From NCBI GenBank assembly GCA_020137815.1, contig CM035352.1:3534001-3598000 (forward strand): a stretch of DNA of 64,000 nt. Reading direction: 5' to 3'. The DNA comes from Hormiphora californensis (taxonomy: Eukaryota > Animalia > Ctenophora). This document shows, one piece after another, positions 57,401-64,000 of the stretch (within the stretch, counting starts at the first letter, position 1; every line of letters begins with the position of its first letter). The notes beneath the pieces were generated by a model. That model saw only the letters and a program-made list of their open reading frames with translations, was not told the origin of the DNA and did not search any database. The position numbers and the translations under genes were made by a program.

Positions 57401-58889
57401 GTTGACACTGCAAATTTGGACGATTCTCTGTCCACACAAGAAGTTTCAAAGCCCCAGCCCTTCATATAAGGGCTGTGTTCAGATCCTCCTTTTTGTCACT
57501 TTAAAACGTCTTTTTTGACTGTTTTTCGGTCATAACTCGTGATTGGATTGTCAGAACATCACCCAAATGGCTACAGACACTTTTGGGCATGCATTAGTGA
57601 ACTTAAAACCGGTTTCAAGATGATCCAAGCACTCCTTCCGTGGGCACGACCGCGCACCAATAGTGGTCCTGACTAATAATATATATTGGCCGATTGGGGT
57701 TCTTAAAGTGTGTCTGGTACCTTTTCCGGTGCCATGTTTGCTTAACACTAGAGCATCCTTTCCCAGCCTCATTGTCCCAGATTTGAAACCGTTACCGTAC
57801 TGCCCCACACTTTGGTGCCGTGTTATCGAATACTTATCCTAAAAAGTTAAAAGGGTTGTATAAACATAGGTAGGAATTGAATTGAATGTCCCAGTGCTAT
57901 TCTTATCTGACTCTCAGACTGAGTGGTAGTACTGCCAAGAAATGGAAATTATTAAAGTGAAGTTCTCACCTTGTCGCAGAATCCAAAAGATAGCATTTTG
58001 TGTAGGGTGTGAGGGGAGACACCAGCGCCATTATCAACAAATGTGAGACATTTCAAACCTCCAATATCTTCAACATCAATTCTCAGTTGAGTTGCATTCA
58101 CGTCAGGGTCGTATGCGTTATCTGAAAAGAAGGGTAAGAGTATAATTCTGAATTCTACTGAATTCAATTCAGTTGACCTAGCAGCACTTGGAACTCTCTC
58201 CGGTACTCAACTGCCGGTTAAACGGAGTTTGACGGTAGCTAGCTCTGTTTCAACTTTCATAGAGGTTACAAGACAAGAACTGAGACCCATCTTCTCGGGT
58301 TTGGTCATCGGCCGGTGGTTGACCGCGATCCGGTCTCTCATGCAACTTCGTGTGTGTAAAAAGCGCGCGAGTGTGTATCTCGCGCTGAGAAACCAACTCA
58401 GACCCGTCCGCGCGCTACTGCAAAGTATTGTTAGAGCGGGAGTTTTTTATTTTGTGCCAAATATTATTTACCGGGAAACAAGTGAATTTTGGAAAATTGA
58501 AACTTACCAATAAGCTCGGCAATTGCTGAGAACGCCCAAACGTGACTTGTGCTGTTGGTATGGAGGTAAGCTGGTGACAGCTGAAAAAAGGGGGTTAAAG
58601 GGGAGTGGGGAATTATTCAATCTTACGATGGTACAGTCGGAGCTAGATGTAAATCGGGGCCCGACTGTACAATGTACAGTGTTTTTCTGTATGTACAGTG
58701 TACATACAGAAATACATTAAAGTTAACGACACACAAACATACCAAGCTCTGTTTAATGCCAGTGAAACTAATTTGAGATGTGTTTAGATCGCTTGTTGTC
58801 TCTTTCTCAGGAGATTCAGTTGTTGCTTGCTGTGGTTCTCCCTTTATCAACTCCTCTAGCGGGCTGGTATTTTCATCAAACAAGGTCAT
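46580..58889 (-). CDS. MORC3: MORC family CW-type zinc finger ATPase (MORC3/4-like), multi-exon
   Basis: Exons encode [24 protein letters not shown] (about 58507-58579), [19 protein letters not shown] (57971-58121), [18 protein letters not shown] (about 57720-57838), [47 protein letters not shown] finger [16 protein letters not shown] (about 54720-54870) plus WFCKDN..SSCDIP (about 52832-52943), then a coiled-coil C-terminus. 3' exon structure is less certain. Confidence 0.88.
47972..48220. repeat. 21-bp tandem repeat x12 (HHHSDVT on minus strand; contains TGACGTCA)
   Basis: Unit GTGACGTCACTATGGTGATG(A/T/C). Confidence 0.95.
49595..51335 (+). CDS. Divergent actin, otherwise intronless, nested antisense in a MORC intron and interrupted by a 580-bp DNA element
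   Basis: [74 protein letters not shown]; removing 49984-50563 plus one TSD restores [13 protein letters not shown]. Confidence 0.88.
49984..50563. mobile_element. 580-bp MULE-like non-autonomous element
   Basis: TIR GGTG(T/G)GCGGACTCTAGTGCTA; 9-bp TSD GTTCCTCGC (49975-83, 50564-72); GGACTCTATATCTAAA subrepeats; internal TTAGGG-like tract about 50288-50335. Confidence 0.88.
52061..52821. mobile_element. Tc1/mariner-like non-autonomous element with long (about 190 bp) TIRs
   Basis: TATA|ACGGGTGGCAACTAAAAATTGTCAC...GTGACAATTTTTAGTTGCCACCCGT|TATA. Confidence 0.8.
52947..54525. repeat. 16-bp G-rich minisatellite (GGGAGGGTGTTAGGAA) x about 98
   Basis: Direct reading; lies in the intron that splits the MORC CW finger. 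Confidence 0.97.
56855..57675. mobile_element. 821-bp foldback DNA element, Academ-like
   Basis: Near-perfect inverted arms of about 335 bp; ends TAGTCAGG...CCTGACTA; 3-bp TSD ATA. Confidence 0.85.
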
Positions 58890-59075
58890 ATTACAAACAC
58901 TCTACCGGGGTAATTGAAGTAATTAATGATACATGAAATCTACAGGGGTAATTGAAGTGATTTAATGGATTCGGTATTTTGGATAGCTGTCAGGGCATAT
59001 TAAGTGGAAGATAAGGATTGTAAGGTACATGAATTAATAAAACAAACATAATACACGCAGCACTATCTGAATCTC

Positions 59076-59678
59076 TCATGGTTGCATAGGAACATAGTTA
59101 TCAGGAGTCAGATATTTATCTTTATACAGCTCAATAAAATCAAGTAATCTCTGAAAATGTTCCTGCAAGATCACAAAACCCATATCACTAAACTCCTTGC
59201 CCGATATCATTCGTCCAATACATGTCAACAACCGCAACAAATGCTCACATCCGAACAGCTCAGAGAATAGAGTCTTGGTTTCATTGTACCCCTTGACCTG
59301 GGCTAACTCTCCCTTATACAACAACTCAACCACAAACCTGTGATTGAAGTAGGCTCGTAGACCGGACACCATGTCAAGAGATGTGCCATTAGCAAGGTGT
59401 ATTGAGTTGGTGTGTTTTTCGTGCTGGAGAAACTCACTGAACACTGTCTCACAGCTGAATGTGGCTGGTATTTTTAGAACATGCTTCTTCACTACAACCA
59501 TATCCCTGTCACTTGTGAGGTATTCACGGAGGGCTGGCGAGAAATGGAGTTGGATTCGGTTCCCCAATTTGTCCTCCGGTACTTCCTCGCCTTTGTTTCG
59601 CTTCCGGGTACGGGGTTGATCGCGCCTCATGTCCGTTACCAACTTTACTCCGCTGTTCCTTTTTCTTTCATTTACCAT
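59076..59678 (-). CDS. MRG-domain protein (MRG15/MSL3 family), no chromodomain in this ORF
   Basis: PALREYLTSD..LKIPA..VSGLRAYFN..LLYKGELAQ..FSELFGCEHLLRLL..Y pattern of the MRG domain. Confidence 0.85.
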   Translation of the reverse strand: MVNERKRNSGVKLVTDMRRDQPRTRKRNKGEEVPEDKLGNRIQLHFSPALREYLTSDRDMVVVKKHVLKIPATFSCETVFSEFLQHEKHTNSIHLANGTSLDMVSGLRAYFNHRFVVELLYKGELAQVKGYNETKTLFSELFGCEHLLRLLTCIGRMISGKEFSDMGFVILQEHFQRLLDFIELYKDKYLTPDNYVPMQP

Positions 59679-60720
59679 TCTATAGTATGAACAGGGTTAG
59701 TTAACAGTCGTTAAATGAAGTGTTAATAAACACTGCCACCGTAGTTATGTTTAGCCGAGAGTGTTTAAATCAGTTTAATTCAGTGTTTTTGGTCTACCAT
59801 TTTTCGATATACGTCTCAGTGTCAGTTCTACTACACTGGCCCTGTGAGGTAAGGGCGGCATATAAATAGACTTATTATTATTATTATAATTTTCACGCTA
59901 GCACTCTCTATCTTTAGAACCGCTGTGCTAGTTAATTCTATACGTTTAACAGTATTCGCTACAAGTGTACCAAAAAATACAGATAACGGCGTGACCTCAC
60001 CCCTAACCCCTATCGTTATATATATGTATGTAGTTTCTAAACACAATCAATAAATCCAGGTGTATAATTTGTATGAAGCGAGTCACTCGACCAAATACTT
60101 TAAAAGTATTATACTTTAAATAAGCAAGTGGTTTTACCCTTTAAAAGCGGCTAAAACATACTTGCTTTTTATAGCGGGCGGGCGTCTATTCGCCCCTGGT
60201 TGTGTTACCATTTTATACACAAGTAACACCGTGTTTGTATTAGTACAACACCCTTCCCTCCCCTCTCTCCCTCTATCCAATTCTCCAAAAGCTAAACTTG
60301 GCCAAATCAGTTGAGTCCGATTAGCTCTCCCTCCCCTCCCTCCCCAATGCTGATTCAGTCCGCTCTCCCTTTACTCGGGCACTCCCTCTTTTTTAGTCTG
60401 GATTCCCAGATGATCTATATAGCTGATTTCTCTCCCTTTCTTTAAAACACACAGAATGCGAGGAAGCTATTATAATAGTCGCTACACATTTTGGTGCCCC
60501 TGTTTTTACTCTGCTCCGTTTACATTTTACGATTTTGAATTTATCATTATTCTCGTCAAGTCTAACTCTTTTTCTTGGTGATTGTACTACAATTTGTAGG
60601 AACATATTTCGAATGGTTACTTAAAAATAGGCACTTACTTACACAACAATCACCCACATTTGTTAACTAACATCCTAATGGGACCCTAATATACATTTAG
60701 TTAATAATATGTGAGTTAAC

Positions 60721-62559
60721 ATGATACGTTGTTTTCTCTTCGCAGCTGTATTATGGGGATCAGCTATAACTCTCACAGGTTAGTTTATTACTGCATTATA
60801 TATCCCCTCTCTCACTCTCCCTCCTGTGCTGTATTTTCTCACAATATAGTCTACACTACGTCTAGCAAAAAGAGAGGGTAAACCGTGCCCAACTGCACTG
60901 GTAGGACCTAATAATAGTATTTTTATCGTGGGGCCAACCTCCCTCTGCATTTCAGAGTGGACAGCTGTAGAGCGGAGTGTGAAGATACCATGGGACCTGG
61001 AGGGAACACCTCTCCATATAAAAACGAACTCCACAATGGGTAGTAATGAGAGGATCTACGTGGAAGTGTACGATAAGGACAACTTTATCGGTAATGTGGG
61101 TGTGAGGTTCTCCTCCACAATGCAGTATTGGGTAGGCTGGTGTACCAGTCCTTATATGAACCTGCCAGTACAGCCCCCGATAAAGGTGGAAAATATCTGG
61201 AAGATCACCAAAACAAAGACCGCCTTCATCATCACATGTAATGGTGTTGAGGTGCTGAACTACCTGTTCGCAGATAGTTCAGATAGCAGATGTGTCTCAA
61301 AGTGGGGTGGTGATGTTGTGGAACAGATAGAGTTTTTCAGGGTTGACGAAGCATCTGACTTTTACAGGCCAGGTATAAAAAGTCTAAATTTGATGTTCAA
61401 ATATGTAACACCACGTATAGTACTGCACAGCTGACAGCACTTGGGTTTAGTGTTATATCAAACAATGCTTACCCAACCCAAAATGTCTTGTACCATTTTT
61501 TTGCATGGCAGCCGATTCGCAATCAATATTGGATAACTAATAGCGGTGACAGACAACTTGTGGGTTTGTTGAAAAACGGTAAATTTAATTATGAAAGCAT
61601 GTATTTAACAGTACTTCCAGCCCCGAAAGTTCATGGTAAAACTATCGCACATGGCTCCGCCTAACCATCAAACTTGTTTGGCTTTTGGATCTAGATTTGA
61701 TCATTTCGGTTAATTTCCAGCAAAAATTACATGATTGTCGATTGGCCCAATAATTTCGAAAATTTAGCATCCAATATTTTATTGCGTTTCAGACTGGACA
61801 TCTGTAAGCGGGATGTTCTGATACCCTGGGACCTGGAGGGAACACCTTTCCAGATAAAGACGAACTCCACACTGGGCAGTGATGACGTGCTCAGGGTGAG
61901 GATGAACGGCAAGGATGGCAACGAAATCAGTACTGTGTATTTGACATTCTGGAACGAAATTAAGTATTGGCTACCAAAATGCACCAGTGAATGGATAAGC
62001 CTGCCAGTACAGCCCCCTGAAAAGGTGGAAAAGATCTGGACAATTGCCAAAACAGAGACCGTTCTCATCATCATGTGTAACAGTATTGAGGTGCTGAACT
62101 TCCAGTTTGCAGATAGTTCATTAAGCAGCTGTGCTACAAGTTTGGGTGGTGATGTTGTGGATAATATCAAGTTTGGCTCTACTGACACAGCATCTAAATT
62201 CTACAGAGGTAAGGCTAACAACAAAACGTTTATATCGGTCCAGTGTTTGTGCAGTATGTATCATGAGAGTTTGAGTACAGAACCTGGTTTATGTTATTTT
62301 AGTGTTCTGCAACGTTCAGTGTACAGTGTACACATTACACAAGCTCCTATTCAATAAACTCACACCAATTACTCTTTACATTTAGCACCAGAGTGTCCTG
62401 CTTTTACTTTTGAGGGATCAACACAAAGAAGCTGGACTGCCTCGCCAACAGGGACCACTGTCACCATCGAATGTACTAACAACCATATTCTTGTCGGAAG
62501 TGTAACACTATCTTGCCAGATGGATGGATCGTGGTCAAGTGATGCACCACAGTGTGCTG
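60721..62559 (+). CDS. Secreted or membrane protein with tandem approx 140-aa 'IPWDLEGTP' beta-rich domains and a sushi/CCP module (continues 3')
   Basis: Signal-peptide exon MIRCFLFAAVLWGSAITLT (60721-60778); two paralogous domain exons (about 60957-61372, 61793-62208); sushi exon C.....GTTVTIECTNNHILVGSVTLSCQMDGSWSSDAPQC (about 62386-62559). Confidence 0.7.
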
Positions 62560-64000
62560 GTTAGTGAATAACAGTACTGTATTTCGTAGTTACTAATATC
62601 ACTATTCATCGGATATTAGTAACATTTCATTACAATATAAATACCGACGACATTACAGACTCCCCACAGACTCTATATGACGAGATTACATAAAATTCCT
62701 GCCCCCTGTTCGGTAGTAATCACACACTTCGATCACACGAACATTTCCCCAACAAGTGAATAATAAAACTTAGATATCCCTACACGCCTTTCCCTGCAAG
62801 GGGAGAGGCTGCTACTCAGCTGTTGTACACAGGGAGGACTCATGTTATCACTGATAAGTGTGTTCACACTAAATGTCAAGTTCAATTTATACCACAATTA
62901 AAGTTTTATAAACTTACTTATACGTTGTGGGTTAAATTATTTTACCGACGACTGACGCTATGACGAAGTTGCAAGAACGTTCTAAAAGACCGTTCTGCAA
63001 CAAAACTAATCGCAGTCTCTCTCACACATACACATACACACACAAACCATTACCAAGAAAGTAATCTAGATATCTAATTCACCCTACACATGTCCTGATC
63101 CTTTCCATGATTACTTCTGTGATCTTGATCAACAAAATTTCTTGTCTCCTTGTTGAACAAAAGTCCCGGGTCCCCTGTCGGTTGTGGGATTCTATGGGAG
63201 CAGATTACGGTAAAAAGGATTGGCCGCGCTGGTAGATTGGAAAGGTAGAAAATTAGACTGCATCATCTTTCAAATGTAACACGCGACCTCCATGCATCCA
63301 GCCGGACATGCTGTTGGGTACAGGATACGCTGCGCCCATGGCCCCTTTTGGGCTTTCACCCCACTCCCTAAACGGGACTGAAAGCCACGCCCCGGCCACT
63401 ACCTCTGGAGTCTGGAGACGCTCTCAAGCGAATTCTCAAATAGCGAACAATCTTGCTGTCTGTTCTACTGCCCCTGGAATCACTCTCCCGACTCCTCGGT
63501 CCCCGCCACGCACCACGCTTGACGCTCCGAATCAACACGAAAAAACCCGAAAAAATCGAAAAAATCGAAAAAGTTCTTTTGCTTATCGAGAAACAGCAAT
63601 CCGACACCGGGGTCTCAGATAATAAACGCACACCACGATCGGTCACAGAGTGAACCTGCAAAGTGGTACTGGGTACAACACCGAAGTGTCGAGAGTACCC
63701 TCGTAAATACAAATACAAATACAATTATAATTTATATCCCGCTTTTGGGCCTATGCATTGTTAGTGCTAGGAGGACGCCGTTTCAATCAGTCGATTGAAG
63801 CAACGCACCCACCACTAACAAGCCTTCTAAAGCGGCTCTTATAGGATTATAAGATCCTAAAGGCCTTAAAAAACCGTCGGCAGTCATTCGATATAATATA
63901 TATAAATGTATGTAGAAAATAAGGGTTATAAAATATCTAATTAAGAAATAGCGTAATTAATTCGATGAGTGATTAAGTAGTTAGATAATTGAGAAATTAA

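Noticed and set aside
63100-64000. Possible gene or retroelement end at the window edge
   Set aside because: No recognisable coding motif and truncated by the window; cannot be supported

Overview
Intron-rich animal genomic DNA. The repeat families, nested antisense genes and an 'IPWDLEGTP' repeat-domain gene suggest a ctenophore of the Pleurobrachia type (inference). Bases 1-43402 carry most of a + strand cation-independent mannose-6-phosphate receptor-like gene (about 40 exons, TM segment, YKRL and DEDML sorting motifs). Its introns host antisense genes (TRIM-NHL, a Cys-rich membrane protein, a TPR/MYND-like gene) and a nested stack of mobile elements. The main discovery is a complete 11,377-bp RAG1/Transib-like DNA transposon at 24753-36129. 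It has a perfect 5-bp TSD (CAGGG), both ends begin with the V(D)J heptamer CACAGTG, and a second shared box lies 21 bp from the heptamer at one end and 11 bp at the other, a 12/23-like asymmetry. Its transposase appears intact and 4-exon (about 739 aa) with DDE and Zn residues; no RAG2-like gene is visible. It splits ORF2 of a full-length CR1-type LINE, which itself sits in a Tc1/mariner MITE. The rest of the window holds a minus-strand MORC3/4-like gene (with a nested, transposon-interrupted divergent actin), an MRG-domain gene, a secreted repeat-domain/sushi gene, several foldback elements and minisatellites. All alignments and splice models were made by eye; exon coordinates are approximate unless stated.
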